Positions 17,700 to 28,419 are shown, counted from the first letter of the stretch. The stretch is DNA of 64,000 nt from Nitrospirota bacterium (GCA_963703955.1 CAVPGK010000011.1:96001-160000), one strand, 5' to 3'. Made by a program: numbers and translations. Notes: generated by a model not told the origin, from the letters alone.

Positions 17700-20600
17700 C
17701 TAATGCTTGTCGCCCTCTCTGTATGATCCGTGGCGATGGACCACCTGATACAGGACGGGAAACACGACGAGAATCAACACCGCGGCCGTCAGCATCCCTC
17801 CGACGACCACACGCGCCAGCGGCTGCTGCGCTTGCGATCCGATGCCGGTGGCGACGGCTGCGGGCAGCAGGCCGATCGCCGCCCCCAAAGTAGCCATCAA
17901 GACAGGCCGCATCTGGACATCGGCGCCTTTTACGATGGCTTCCGTTAACGGCATCCCGGCGGCACGAAACTCGCCGATGCGAGAAATCAAGAGGACGCCT
18001 CCCAAGATCGCCACGCCGAGCGTCGAAATGACGCCCACCGCGGCGGAGATGCTGAACGGCGTGCCGGTAATCACCAGCGACAGAACCCCCCCGATCAATG
18101 CGAAGGGGACCGTGGCCAAGACGAGCAGGGCGTCGCGCAGCGAGGAAAATGTAGTGTACAGCAAGAAGAGGATGACCAACAGGCTTAGCGGAACGATGAT
18201 GGTGAGGCGCTTCTGTTCGCGCTTGAGCTGATCGTATTGTCCCGCCCATTCGATGCGATACCGCTCCGGCAGCTTGATTTCCTGAGCCAGGCGGGCTTGC
18301 GCTTCTTCCACCGTGCTCGCCAAGTCTCTCCCTCTTACGCTGAACTTGATTGGGATGTACCGCTCATTGTTTTCCCGATAGATGATGAAGGCTCCGGTTT
18401 GCGTCGTGATAGTCGCGAGCTGTTTCAGCGGGATTCTCGCCCCATCCGGCGTGTTCACCAGAATATTCCCGATCGCCTGTAGGTCCTGTCGAAACTCCGG
18501 CAAAAAGCGCACGACAAGGTCGAACGACCGCTCCCCTTCGAACACGCGACTGACGGCCTGCCCCCCGACCGCCGCCTGCACCACGGCATTGACATCGGAC
18601 ACGAGCAACCCGTAGCGGGCACAAGCCTGGCGATCAACTTGGATCAGGAGGTTGGGCTGTCCCATCAGATGAAAAATTCCGAGATCCTTGACACCCACGA
18701 CCTGTTTCATCATCGTTTCGATTTCTCTTGCTTTTGCTTCCAATACCTTCAGATCAGGACCAAACAGTTTAATGGAATTTTCCCCCTTGACGCCGGACAT
18801 GGCTTCCTCGACGTTGTCCTGGATCACCTGGGAGAAGTTGAACGTCACACCCGGAATCTTGACGAGCAATTTCTCGATGTCTTCGATCAGCGCATCCTTG
18901 GTTGTGACCTCCGGTCGCCATTCCTTACGGGGTTTCAGGCCGACGAGGAATTCGGCGTTGAAAAAGCTGGTCGGATCGGTCCCGTCATCCGGCCGGCCGA
19001 GCTGGGAAACCACGTTGACCACCTCGGGAAACCGGCGAAAGATATCCTTGACCTCCGTCGTCAACCCACTCGCCTGCTCGAACGAGATGTCCACCGGCAT
19101 CGTGGCCCGAACCCATAAATTCCCTTCCTCGAGGGCCGGCATGAATTCGCCGCCGATGAACTGCATCGCCACCAGAGCCACCACAAGCAGCGCCAAGGCC
19201 CCGCCGACAACCACTGTCTGGCGCTTCAACGCCTTGTGAAGAACGGCCATGTACACGCGCCGGATAACCCGAACGATCGCGGTATCATTTTCGGCAAGAG
19301 GTCCTTTCAGCAAATAGGCGCACATGGCCGGCGCCAGGGTAAACGCGATAATGAGGGCCCCGAGCAAGGCAAATCCGTACGTGATTGACATGGGGGCGAA
19401 GATTTTACCGGGGACGCCGGTCATCGTGAACAGCGGGATGAATGCGACGACGATGATGGCCGTCGAAAAGAAAATCGGCCGACCGACCTGCCGCGCCGCC
19501 CGAACGATGTGTTGCGGGGCTGTCAAGGCCGCGCCCAGATGGTGGCTGATGTGAAAGAAGATACTTTCAACCATGATCAGCGCCGCATCCACGATGATGC
19601 CGAAGTCGATTGCCCCCAACGAAATGAGATTCGCGGACTGCCCGATCATCACCATCATCGAAAAGGTGAATAGGAGCGAGAGGGGAATTGTCACCGCCAC
19701 AATCAGCGCGGCACGTAGGTTTCCCAAAAAGGCGAAGAGGATCACAAACACCAACACCATCCCGCTGATCAGAATATCCGTGACCGTCTCGATGGTCGTG
19801 CGGAGTAGAAGCGTTCGATCGTAAACGGTCTTAACCTGCACGCCTTTGGGAAGCTTCCAAGTGTTGAGGTCTTCCACCTTACGCTTGACCTGTTCGAGCA
19901 CAGGGAGCGCCTGGGCTCCCCGTTGAAGCAGTACTACTCCTTCCACCACATCGTCGCGATCGTCGATCCCGACCTTTCCAAGGCGCACCTGATGGCCGAC
20001 GCTGACACGCCCCAGATTCCTGACGAAGACCGGAGTGCCGCCCTTTTCAGCGACCATGATCGTTTCAATGTCGTCCAGGCTGTCGATCAGGCCCACGCCC
20101 CGCACGTTGTAATTCTGAGCCCCGACGGTCAGATAATTTCCGCCCACATTGGCGTTACTGTTGCCCACGGCCGTCAACACTTGCGACAAGGTCACGCCAT
20201 AGCTCAGCAGGGCCCCGGGGTTGAGGTCGACATGGTATTGCTTGGTCGTGCCCCCGAATCCGGTCACGTCGATCACGCCGGGCACCCGCTTGAACTCGCG
20301 CTTCAGCTGCCAATCCTGGATCGTCTTCAGATCCGTCAGGCTCTGCCCATCGCCGACGAGTTCATATCGATAGATCTCGGCCAGCGCCCACCAGGGGGAC
20401 AGCGTGGGCTGGACCTGTTCGGGAAACGTCATCATCGCCAGGCGGTTCAGGACCTCCTGGCGATCGATGAAATAGCGGGTCCCGAAATCAAAGTAAATCT
20501 TGATGTCGTTGAGCCCGAAGATCGACAGTGAGCGGATCGCCGTCAAACCCGGCATCCCCGTGAGCGTCACCTCGACGGGAATCGTGATATGGCGTTCGAT

Positions 20601-20780
20601 TTCTTCAGCCGACCACCCTGGGTATTGGGTAATGACTTCGACCATGGGTGGGGACGGGTCCGGGTACGCTTCCACGTTCAAAATGTGAAACGCGTACAGA
20701 CCGCCGAACAACAAAATTACGCCCAATGTGCAGACGAGGATCCGCTGCAGCAATGCAAATTCGACCAATCGGACGATCAC
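17700..20780 (-). CDS. CzcA/CusA-family heavy-metal RND permease
   Basis: 1026 aa; EAYPD, GAIDFGIIVD, GGEFMPALEEG, MRPVLMA, GSQAQQPLARVVVGG. Confidence 0.95.
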   Translation of the reverse strand: MIVRLVEFALLQRILVCTLGVILLFGGLYAFHILNVEAYPDPSPPMVEVITQYPGWSAEEIERHITIPVEVTLTGMPGLTAIRSLSIFGLNDIKIYFDFGTRYFIDRQEVLNRLAMMTFPEQVQPTLSPWWALAEIYRYELVGDGQSLTDLKTIQDWQLKREFKRVPGVIDVTGFGGTTKQYHVDLNPGALLSYGVTLSQVLTAVGNSNANVGGNYLTVGAQNYNVRGVGLIDSLDDIETIMVAEKGGTPVFVRNLGRVSVGHQVRLGKVGIDDRDDVVEGVVLLQRGAQALPVLEQVKRKVEDLNTWKLPKGVQVKTVYDRTLLLRTTIETVTDILISGMVLVFVILFAFLGNLRAALIVAVTIPLSLLFTFSMMVMIGQSANLISLGAIDFGIIVDAALIMVESIFFHISHHLGAALTAPQHIVRAARQVGRPIFFSTAIIVVAFIPLFTMTGVPGKIFAPMSITYGFALLGALIIAFTLAPAMCAYLLKGPLAENDTAIVRVIRRVYMAVLHKALKRQTVVVGGALALLVVALVAMQFIGGEFMPALEEGNLWVRATMPVDISFEQASGLTTEVKDIFRRFPEVVNVVSQLGRPDDGTDPTSFFNAEFLVGLKPRKEWRPEVTTKDALIEDIEKLLVKIPGVTFNFSQVIQDNVEEAMSGVKGENSIKLFGPDLKVLEAKAREIETMMKQVVGVKDLGIFHLMGQPNLLIQVDRQACARYGLLVSDVNAVVQAAVGGQAVSRVFEGERSFDLVVRFLPEFRQDLQAIGNILVNTPDGARIPLKQLATITTQTGAFIIYRENNERYIPIKFSVRGRDLASTVEEAQARLAQEIKLPERYRIEWAGQYDQLKREQKRLTIIVPLSLLVILFLLYTTFSSLRDALLVLATVPFALIGGVLSLVITGTPFSISAAVGVISTLGVAILGGVLLISRIGEFRAAGMPLTEAIVKGADVQMRPVLMATLGAAIGLLPAAVATGIGSQAQQPLARVVVGGMLTAAVLILVVFPVLYQVVHRHGSYREGDKH

Positions 20781-21165
20781 CGCGTCACCTTCTCAGCCGT
20801 CACACGCTGACCGCCCCTTCCTCCGTGCAGGAGGGCATAGAGCACGGGGAGGACCACGAGAATCAGCACCGCCGACGTGACCATGCCGGCCACCACCACG
20901 CGGGCCAGCGGCTGCTGAGACTGAGATCCGATCCCGGTCGCTACCGCGGTCATGAGCACCAGGCACATGCGAGACTCCGCGCCTTTCGAGATCGCCGTTT
21001 CGAGATCAAGGCCTACCGCAACCAGGACTGTGCTTTCCAAATCACGACTCCTCACGCTGAATTTGATCGGGACAGAAAGAAGGCGTACAGGCCGCTGACA
21101 AGAAGGGTCAGAATGAATATGAGCACCTGTTGGATGAGGGCAAACTCGACCAGGCGGGCAATCAT
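20777..21165 (-). pseudogene. Collapsed remnant of a second CzcA-family paralogue
   Basis: Encodes MIARLVEFALIQQ..GLYAF, then in another frame VPIKFSVRSRDLESTV / TAISKGAESRMCLVLM / VATGIGSQSQQPLARVVVAG. These match four separated parts of the neighbouring CzcA. Confidence 0.88.
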
Positions 21166-21245
21166 CGTCTAGGATGCCGCAAACTATTTTCTGGTGTCAA
21201 AACATGGATGATGGAAAAAGGGACAACCAGGATACGGATACGAGA

Positions 21246-21543
21246 AGCCTGCTCAAAGAGGTGCGTCATCACGCCCGCCCACCCCAGGCGACACCTCACC
21301 CAACCCGCCCTACGCCTGCCAAGACAGGCTGTTTTCCCCCGGACGCGGGCCTTCCCGATTACACCCACTCACCCCAGGCGATAGTCACCCAACCCACGCG
21401 ACACCTGCCAAGATAGGCTGTTCTCCCACGGGCGTGTCCCTTCCCGAGCAAGGCTCTGGGAGTTTGGAAATCAAGCCGTGCAGTGTGCGTGCGTTGAGAC
21501 CTCCACACGACTGACAACCAAGCGGGGGCCTTTTTCAGCGGCC
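21246..21543. repeat. MITE-like element, copy 2, with internal ~90-bp tandem duplication
   Basis: Shares CTTCCCGAGCAAGGC and GGGGGCC.TTTTCAGC.GCC with the reverse complement of copy 1. Units ~21270-21358 and ~21360-21448 are similar. Confidence 0.75.
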
Positions 21544-21549
21544 GATAGG

Positions 21550-22698
21550 TCACCCCTTCGCTTCCTTGGCCTTGAGCAAGATGGCGCCCTTGGTGACGAC
21601 CCGCTCTCCCGGTTTCAAGCCTTCCAGAATCCGCACGAGATCAGCCGAGGCGGTCCCGACTTTGACCTCATGTTTCACGTACCGATCTTCTCCTTCCACC
21701 ACATAGACGTATTCTTTTCCGTCGATCTCCAGGACTGCCTCCTTTGGAACAGCGATGAAGGAAGCTCCGTCACCGAGGTCAATGTTCAGCCTGGCAAACA
21801 TCTCCGGCTTCAATTTGTGCTCCTCATTATTGACCCAGGCGCGGACTTTGATGGTTCGAGTATTCGGATCCACGACATCACCGATAGCGGCAACCGCGCC
21901 GGGAAAGATAACCCCTGGGTAGGCCTCGACGGTGACGGTGGCCACCTGGCCTCCATGCACCAGACCGAGATCGCGCTCATAGACGTCCGCCACGACCTGT
22001 AACACATCCAAATCCGCCACGGTGAAGAGCACTTGTCCTGGGTCTCCTCCAACCGACTGCCCTGGCGTGACCGTTCGTTCGACGACCGTGCCGGTGAGGG
22101 GACTTCTCATTTCGAAGCGAGAGGTGATCTTCTGCTCGGCCAGCGGCTTTTCCAATTCAGCGGCCGGCACTCTGAGGGACAGCAGGCGCTCCTTGGCGCG
22201 ACGGAATTCGGCCTGCGCCTTGATGGCATCATTTTCCGCTTGCTTCAGATCCTTTTGAGACAGAGCCTTGCTTTCGTACAGATCCTTCGCCAGTTCGTAG
22301 GCTCGTGTGACATAGGTCAGTTCGGAATGTTCTTTCATGAATTCGGAATAGGCTTGCGCGATATCGGGGCTGTCCACCACCAAGAGAATTTCTCCGACCT
22401 TCACACGATCGCCCAATCTGGCCCGGACTTCCAGGACCCGCCCCTGCACTGGAGAGGACACCCTTGAATAGCGATCTTCACCGTAGGCGACTTTCCCGGC
22501 CAGACTCAGGACAGGCTTTCCCGGAGCCGCGGACACAGTGGCGGTTTCGATCCGGCTTGCGAGTTCTGTGGTCTGATTCGGCACCTGGCTGATCGCGGGC
22601 GTGGCGGCGTTCGAGGCGACCGGCTCTTCGGTCCGACCGCAGGCGGTCAGACTGGCGCAAGCGCCCACGATCAGCGCTGTTTTCAGCCACAGGTTCAC
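21550..22698 (-). CDS. RND membrane-fusion protein (CzcB/CusB-like), lipoprotein
   Basis: LTAC lipobox, SSPVQGRV, RSPLTGTV, LKPEMFA. Confidence 0.93.
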   Translation of the reverse strand: MNLWLKTALIVGACASLTACGRTEEPVASNAATPAISQVPNQTTELASRIETATVSAAPGKPVLSLAGKVAYGEDRYSRVSSPVQGRVLEVRARLGDRVKVGEILLVVDSPDIAQAYSEFMKEHSELTYVTRAYELAKDLYESKALSQKDLKQAENDAIKAQAEFRRAKERLLSLRVPAAELEKPLAEQKITSRFEMRSPLTGTVVERTVTPGQSVGGDPGQVLFTVADLDVLQVVADVYERDLGLVHGGQVATVTVEAYPGVIFPGAVAAIGDVVDPNTRTIKVRAWVNNEEHKLKPEMFARLNIDLGDGASFIAVPKEAVLEIDGKEYVYVVEGEDRYVKHEVKVGTASADLVRILEGLKPGERVVTKGAILLKAKEAKG

Positions 22699-24023
22699 GA
22701 TCCGATCTCCCGCCCAACCGCGCTTTCAAGGAGAAAGACGTTTCGCTGGTAATTGAAGAGCGTCTCGATGTAATTTTGTTGGATCGTCTTGGATGTTCGC
22801 GCCGCGTCCAGCAATTCGATGATGGTGGCGCCTCCACGCTCATACGCCTTTTCGACGATCGTCAGCGTCAACCGTGCATCCTCCAACACGCCAGCCCGAT
22901 AGGCTTCCACTAGGCGGCGGCTCTGAATGAGATTGCGGTACGCGATATCAACCTGGCTTTCCACCTCGATCAACGTTTTCTTGAGGTCGGCCTCCGCTAC
23001 CTTCATGGACACTTCCGCTTGCGCAATGCCTCCCTGATTACGATTGAAGAAGGGAAGCGGCACTCCCACGCTCAGCCCATACTGCTGGGGATTGTCCGGG
23101 CCTATCGCACCCTGGACCGCAAACCCGCCTCCCAGCGTCACATCGGGGTAGCGGTAGGCTTTGGCCAACTTCAGGTCGGCCAACCGTTGCGATTGGGTCA
23201 AACGTTTCACGCGAATGTCCGGTCTGGCCTCCAAGGCGACGGTCTGGAGGTGCTCCACATCCGGTTCCACTCGATGATAGTCCAGTTCCGTCGTGAGAAG
23301 AAGGTCGGTGGCCGGCGTCAGCCCCAACAGGACGCGAAGATCGTTCCGAGCCGTATCCGACTCTTGAATGGCCTGGATGACTTGCGATTGAAAATCGACG
23401 ACCTGCAGACGTATCCGGATGAGATCGACTTCGGCGATATAACCTTTCTTGAACCGAATCGAGTTCACCTCCAGAATCCTGGCGAATCGATCACGATTTT
23501 CTTCAGCAAGGGCTAATCGACGCTGTGCCAATTGAACGCGAAAGTAAGCGTCCTTGACGGTGACCCCCAACTGGCGGATGGCGTTCTCGAAATTTCCTTC
23601 CGACGATTGCGCGCCGAACGCAGCGCTCTCGATCCGATAGCCTCGCTTGCCCGCCATCTCAAAGAGTTGTTGCACGTTGGGGTAGATTTGCGCGCTGTTC
23701 GTTAGTGTGCGGCCTTGCGTAAACGATGCCACGGTGCCGAGGGAAAAGACGGGATTTGGAAACAGCCTCGCGGTAATTTGTTGTCCGCGAGCATAGTCGA
23801 TCCCGAATCCGGTCATGATCAAGTCGAGGTTCTGTCGGAGAAACAGCGCGAGGGCCTCGTTGAGGCTGAGACGGAGGATAGACGGCGCAGGAATCGCGGT
23901 CTTCGGCCCCTCGGGACCGGCCGCGAACGCTGTTCCAGAAGCAAGCCAGACCCACGCCGTCAGACTGGCGATCATCACACAGAATCGGTCTCGGGTTCGA
24001 GCGGCCATGGGGGTCAGCATCAT
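22695..24023 (-). CDS. TolC/CzcC-family outer membrane efflux protein
   Basis: Signal peptide, two OEP repeats, PLPFFNRNQG, YERGGATIIELLDA. Confidence 0.92.
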   Translation of the reverse strand: MMLTPMAARTRDRFCVMIASLTAWVWLASGTAFAAGPEGPKTAIPAPSILRLSLNEALALFLRQNLDLIMTGFGIDYARGQQITARLFPNPVFSLGTVASFTQGRTLTNSAQIYPNVQQLFEMAGKRGYRIESAAFGAQSSEGNFENAIRQLGVTVKDAYFRVQLAQRRLALAEENRDRFARILEVNSIRFKKGYIAEVDLIRIRLQVVDFQSQVIQAIQESDTARNDLRVLLGLTPATDLLLTTELDYHRVEPDVEHLQTVALEARPDIRVKRLTQSQRLADLKLAKAYRYPDVTLGGGFAVQGAIGPDNPQQYGLSVGVPLPFFNRNQGGIAQAEVSMKVAEADLKKTLIEVESQVDIAYRNLIQSRRLVEAYRAGVLEDARLTLTIVEKAYERGGATIIELLDAARTSKTIQQNYIETLFNYQRNVFLLESAVGREIGS

Positions 24024-24125
24024 CTTATCATGATACCGATTGTATTGGCAGTATTTTAATCTACTGTTCGAGGGGTGAGGCCCGACGCATAGAGGATTCC
24101 GCGGGACCTGTTTCCGTGTCCCGCG

Positions 24126-25199
24126 CTAGTGAAGTTTGAGCTCGGTCCACGCCCGATCGTAGAGCCGGATAGCCTCCCCCACGTCACGCATCCATTCGAG
24201 TCTCTCAAACGCGGAATCCGGAGGATAGATCGCCGGATTGCTTTGGATTTGTGCCGAGAGCAGCTCCTTGGCCGCTCGGTTCGAGGAGGCGAAGAACAGA
24301 CGATTGGTCGTTCGCGCGGAGACCTCCCGATCCAGCAGATAGTTGATGAACCGCATGGCCAGATCCTTGTTCCGTGAAGATTTGAGCACAACGAGACAGT
24401 CGGACCAGATGGTGCCTCCTTCTTTAGGAATGACATATTTGATGGATGGCCGCTCGGCCGTCGCGCGTGCCACGGCACCTCCCCACCCATGGGCCAGCAT
24501 GACTTCTCCGGATACGAGAAGTTGGGTGTAGTTTTCACTGGTGTAGACCTTGACTAACGGCTTCTGATCGAACAACCTCCGTTTTGCCGCTTCGATCGTC
24601 GCCGGATCACTGGCGTTCAGCGACTCGCCGATCGCCCGCAGCGCGACCCCCATCACTTCCCGCTGATCGTTCAGCATGCTGATCTTCCCCTTATACCGAG
24701 GGTCCCAGAGGATCGCCCAACTGTCCGGCGGAGTCGGCAGCTTCTCGGAGTCATACCCGATTCCCACTGTGCCCCAGAGGTAGGGGACGGAATACCGGTT
24801 GTCGGGGTCAAACGGCAAGTGTTGAAGCTGCCCGATCACATAGGCCATGTTCGGAATCATCGTCAAATCCAGGTCCGCCAGAAGTCCTTGCCGTGCCATA
24901 ATCGAGACCATGAAATCGGATGGGGCTGCCACGTCGTACCCCGTGGCGCCACTTTGTAATTTGGCGAGCAATTCTTCGTTGCTGCCGAAGGTGTCTACCA
25001 CGACCTTGACACCCTGGACCTTTTCGAACTCGTCGATGACCTCCGGTCCGACATAGTCCGACCAGGTGAAGTAATACAGGAGCCTAGGCGTCTCGGCCTG
25101 GGGAGTCGGCTTGGGCCCATCTTCAGGTGCTTGCTGGCAGGCAAACAGGCTGATCGTCAGGCACAACGTGAGGAATGTCGGATGCGGTGATTGTGTCAT
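24126..25199 (-). CDS. potD: Polyamine ABC transporter substrate-binding lipoprotein
   Basis: FTWSDY, SNEELLAKL, VPYLWGTVGIGY, PKEGGTIWSD. Confidence 0.9.
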   Translation of the reverse strand: MTQSPHPTFLTLCLTISLFACQQAPEDGPKPTPQAETPRLLYYFTWSDYVGPEVIDEFEKVQGVKVVVDTFGSNEELLAKLQSGATGYDVAAPSDFMVSIMARQGLLADLDLTMIPNMAYVIGQLQHLPFDPDNRYSVPYLWGTVGIGYDSEKLPTPPDSWAILWDPRYKGKISMLNDQREVMGVALRAIGESLNASDPATIEAAKRRLFDQKPLVKVYTSENYTQLLVSGEVMLAHGWGGAVARATAERPSIKYVIPKEGGTIWSDCLVVLKSSRNKDLAMRFINYLLDREVSARTTNRLFFASSNRAAKELLSAQIQSNPAIYPPDSAFERLEWMRDVGEAIRLYDRAWTELKLH

Positions 25200-25220
25200 G
25201 CGGCCAGTTTCGGAGGCGAA

Positions 25221-25305
25221 TTTGGTGATTTGTTGATTTATTAATTTACGGTTTGCTTTAGGAGTCGGAAAATCAGCCGATCATCAGGTCAATAAATCAA
25301 CAATT
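25221..25305. repeat. Octamer tandem/inverted repeat hairpin
   Basis: TTTGGTGA-TTTGTTGA-TTTATTAA followed by inverted AAATCAGC..AAATCAAC. Confidence 0.5.
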
Positions 25306-25306
25306 T

Positions 25307-26083
25307 TCAGTTCACGTCCTTCCTTTGAAACATCATCGACAAACCGATGAGTCCCATTGAGACCAGGACCAACACGGCAGACAAGGCATTGATCACGGGA
25401 GATATGCCGGACTTGATCATCGAATAGACCTTCAACGGCAGCGTGGTGGAACCGGGTCCGCCAGTGAAGAATGTCACAATGAAATCATCGAGGGAGATCG
25501 CAAACGCCATCAAGATGCCTCCGATGATCGCTGGGCTCAAAAGAGGAAGAGTCACACGCCTGAACGCTTGCCAGGGGGTCGCCCCTAGATCGTACGCCGC
25601 CTCCTCGAGTCGAGGGTCCATCTTTCGGAGTCGCGCCCGGATGATCACCATGACGACCGGCAGGTTGAACGCGGCATGGCCGATCGTCACGGTTACTAGA
25701 CTCAGCGGCAGCTTGATGGTCACAAAAAACAGCATCAATGCGACGCCGAGCATGATTTCCGGCACCACGAGCGGCAGGACTAAGCCGACTTCAACCAGTT
25801 GCTGGCCGCGGACCGAAAGACGCTCGACGCCTACGGCCGCCGCGATGCCCAGCACGGTTGCAATCACCGTGGAAGCCATCGCCACGACCAGGCTGTTGTG
25901 CACCGCCGCCAGCAGCGACTGATCGGAACCCAATTCCCGATACCATTGCAGCGTAAACCCGGTCCAGGTCGCGGAGACACGCGAGGCGTTGAAGGAAAAC
26001 GCCACCAAGATTGCGATGGGGGCATAGAGAAACAAGAGGTTGGCCAGGCTGACACCGAGCAGCCACCCGCGCGGAGTCTTCAT
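25307..26083 (-). CDS. potC: Polyamine ABC transporter permease
   Basis: FLYAPI..FSFN, EEAAYDLGA, SLDDFIVTFF. Confidence 0.92.
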   Translation of the reverse strand: MKTPRGWLLGVSLANLLFLYAPIAILVAFSFNASRVSATWTGFTLQWYRELGSDQSLLAAVHNSLVVAMASTVIATVLGIAAAVGVERLSVRGQQLVEVGLVLPLVVPEIMLGVALMLFFVTIKLPLSLVTVTIGHAAFNLPVVMVIIRARLRKMDPRLEEAAYDLGATPWQAFRRVTLPLLSPAIIGGILMAFAISLDDFIVTFFTGGPGSTTLPLKVYSMIKSGISPVINALSAVLVLVSMGLIGLSMMFQRKDVN

Positions 26084-26973
26084 CGCCGTTGCTCGATGCC
26101 GAGGAGCGTCGCGCCTGATCGGATATAGCCCACCACCCCCGCGAGCACGAGTGCCATTAAAACGAACGATATGGCCGAGCCGAACGGCCAGTCCCTCACG
26201 ACCAAGTATTCATGCTGGATCAGATTGCCGACCATCATGGTCCTGGCTCCGCCCAATAGATCGGGCGTAAGGAAGGCCCCAACCGACGGAATGAACACGA
26301 GCAGACACCCGGCGATCACCCCCGGTTTGGTCAGGGGCAGAATCACGCGCCAGAAGACCGGCCATCCGGTCGCGTAAAGATCCCAGGCGGCCTCGACCAC
26401 AGACAGATCCAGCCGCGCAAGCGCGGCATACAGCGGCAGCGCCATAAACGGAAGATACCCATAGACGAGCCCGATCAGGATCGCAAAGTCCGAGTAGAGA
26501 ATCTCAATGGGAGATGAGATGAGCCCGAGTTGCGTCAGCGTCGTATTCAGCAAGCCTTCCGTACGAAGGATGAAGATCCACGCGTAGGTCCGAACGAGGA
26601 AATTGGTCCAGAACGGAATCATCACCAAGAGCAGCCACGCCCCCTGCCAACGAGTCGGACAGCGAGCGATGAAATAGGCCAAGGGAAATCCGAGCCCAAG
26701 ACAGAGTCCCGTAGTCCCGAGGGCCAGGAGAAAGGAGCGAAGATAGACCCACATGTAGAGTGGATGGAAAATTTCGGTGTAGTTCGACAGGCTGAAGGTC
26801 CACTGGACACCGCCATACGTGCCACGTGCGGCAAAGCTGATCACGAACACCAACAGCAGAGGAAGGAAAAAAAAGGCGAGCATCCACAGGATCGCCGGCA
26901 CGAGCGGCCACTGTGATGCGCGGAAGACCGAGGAATGATCTGATGCGGTCCAAGGCGATCCGTTTGAACTCAC
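26080..26973 (-). CDS. potB: Polyamine ABC transporter permease
   Basis: PFWTNFLVRTYAW, YGYLPFM, RDWPFGSA. GTG overlaps the potA stop. Confidence 0.92.
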   Translation of the reverse strand: MSSNGSPWTASDHSSVFRASQWPLVPAILWMLAFFFLPLLLVFVISFAARGTYGGVQWTFSLSNYTEIFHPLYMWVYLRSFLLALGTTGLCLGLGFPLAYFIARCPTRWQGAWLLLVMIPFWTNFLVRTYAWIFILRTEGLLNTTLTQLGLISSPIEILYSDFAILIGLVYGYLPFMALPLYAALARLDLSVVEAAWDLYATGWPVFWRVILPLTKPGVIAGCLLVFIPSVGAFLTPDLLGGARTMMVGNLIQHEYLVVRDWPFGSAISFVLMALVLAGVVGYIRSGATLLGIEQRR

Positions 26974-28058
26974 TCGGGGAGGACCACTCCATCTAGGACA
27001 TGCCACTGGACACATACCGCCTCACCTGCCCGAAATCGCTTCTCGTCGGCTTTGGCGTTCGGCACATGGACCTTCCATTGCACGCGGTCGGAAACGCGAA
27101 CCCAATAGTGCATCTCACTGCCGTTGTAAATGGCCTTGTCGATTCGAGCCGGAACGGCGTTTTCGTACCCATTCGGCTTCCGCTCCCGCGACACGTGCAG
27201 TCGCTCCGGACGCAGCACCAGTGTCATCTGGGCGGTTTCTTGGACGCCGGCCGGGCGAGGCGCGTACACATCGGGAAGATCGGGCGCGGTGACGATACAC
27301 TGAGTCCCGTTGACGGCCGACACGCGGCCGGTCAGATAATTGGACACACCGATGAAATTTGCGACAAAGAGGGAAGTCGGAGATTCATAGATTTCCTGCG
27401 GAGAGCCTATCTGCAGGACACGCCCCTGGTTCAGGACGGCGACCCGATCCGACATCGCGAGCGCTTCTTCCTGGTTATGTGTCACATACACAAACGTCAG
27501 CCCCACGTGCTCCTGGATGGCTTTGAGTTCGACCTGCATGTCCAGACGCAGTTGTTGGTCGAGCGCGCCCAATGGCTCGTCGAGCAGCACAACGGCCGGA
27601 CGATTGACCAGGGCGCGAGCCAAGGCCACCCGTTGTTGCTCACCTCCCGATAACTGCTCCGGCAGCCGGTCCCGCTTATCCCCCAGCTTCACCATATCGA
27701 GCGCAGCCCGGACTCGTGTGGCGATCTCGGGTTTCGGAAGGTGACGCATTTCGAGGCCAAACGCGACGTTACCGCGCACAGTCAGGTGTGGAAACAAGGC
27801 GTAGTTCTGAAAGACCAGATTGACGGGCCGCCGATGGGGGGGAATGTGTTGCATTCCACGCCCTTCGATCAGAATCTCTCCCTGATCGGGGCGCTCAAAT
27901 CCGGCTAGCAGGCGGAGGATGGAGGTCTTTCCGGAACCGCTCGGGCCGAGGAGTGAGAAGAACTCCGCTTTCCGAACCGCGAAAGAACAGTGGTCTACCG
28001 CAAGCGTTGCGCCGTGATACTTGACGAGATCTCGTATTTCGACGCTGGAATCGATCAC
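26970..28058 (-). CDS. potA: Polyamine ABC transporter ATPase
   Basis: GPSGSGKTS, LSGGEQQR, LLDEPLGALD, C-terminal TOBE domain. Confidence 0.93.
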   Translation of the reverse strand: MIDSSVEIRDLVKYHGATLAVDHCSFAVRKAEFFSLLGPSGSGKTSILRLLAGFERPDQGEILIEGRGMQHIPPHRRPVNLVFQNYALFPHLTVRGNVAFGLEMRHLPKPEIATRVRAALDMVKLGDKRDRLPEQLSGGEQQRVALARALVNRPAVVLLDEPLGALDQQLRLDMQVELKAIQEHVGLTFVYVTHNQEEALAMSDRVAVLNQGRVLQIGSPQEIYESPTSLFVANFIGVSNYLTGRVSAVNGTQCIVTAPDLPDVYAPRPAGVQETAQMTLVLRPERLHVSRERKPNGYENAVPARIDKAIYNGSEMHYWVRVSDRVQWKVHVPNAKADEKRFRAGEAVCVQWHVLDGVVLPE

Positions 28059-28143
28059 GAATGGCTAATCGTGACACGTGAACGAGAAGGCGCCGGTCGT
28101 CACCCTCTCTCGGTCATTCGTGGATACGATGAACGGATATGGC

Positions 28144-28419
28144 TCACGACCCCGAGCCGAATGAATCGGTGCGGGTCCGCTTCCTGATGCGAAGCTTGGC
28201 TTGATGCTGACGCAGGAGCTCACGACGGAGGACTTCCCTGTCCTCCGCCACGATCTTCACCAGGCGATCTTCATCCTCAGCGTGATCCCGAACGAGTTCC
28301 GAAAGCTTCTGCACCTGCCGCTCGAGACGATCAAGCCGCCAGAGCAGGTTTTCGAATCCGACGAGCACTTGGCCGTTCTTCTGCACTCGAGCCGATTTCG
28401 TGAGCGGGCCCCTTGGCAT
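28144..28419 (-). CDS. Small coiled-coil hypothetical protein
   Basis: AGGAGG RBS before the ATG at 28419. Confidence 0.6.
   Translation of the reverse strand: MPRGPLTKSARVQKNGQVLVGFENLLWRLDRLERQVQKLSELVRDHAEDEDRLVKIVAEDREVLRRELLRQHQAKLRIRKRTRTDSFGSGS

Noticed and set aside
21270..21448. Direct repeats as a possible CRISPR array
   Set aside because: Only two degenerate ~90-bp tandem units, no spacers and no cas genes; part of the MITE copy.
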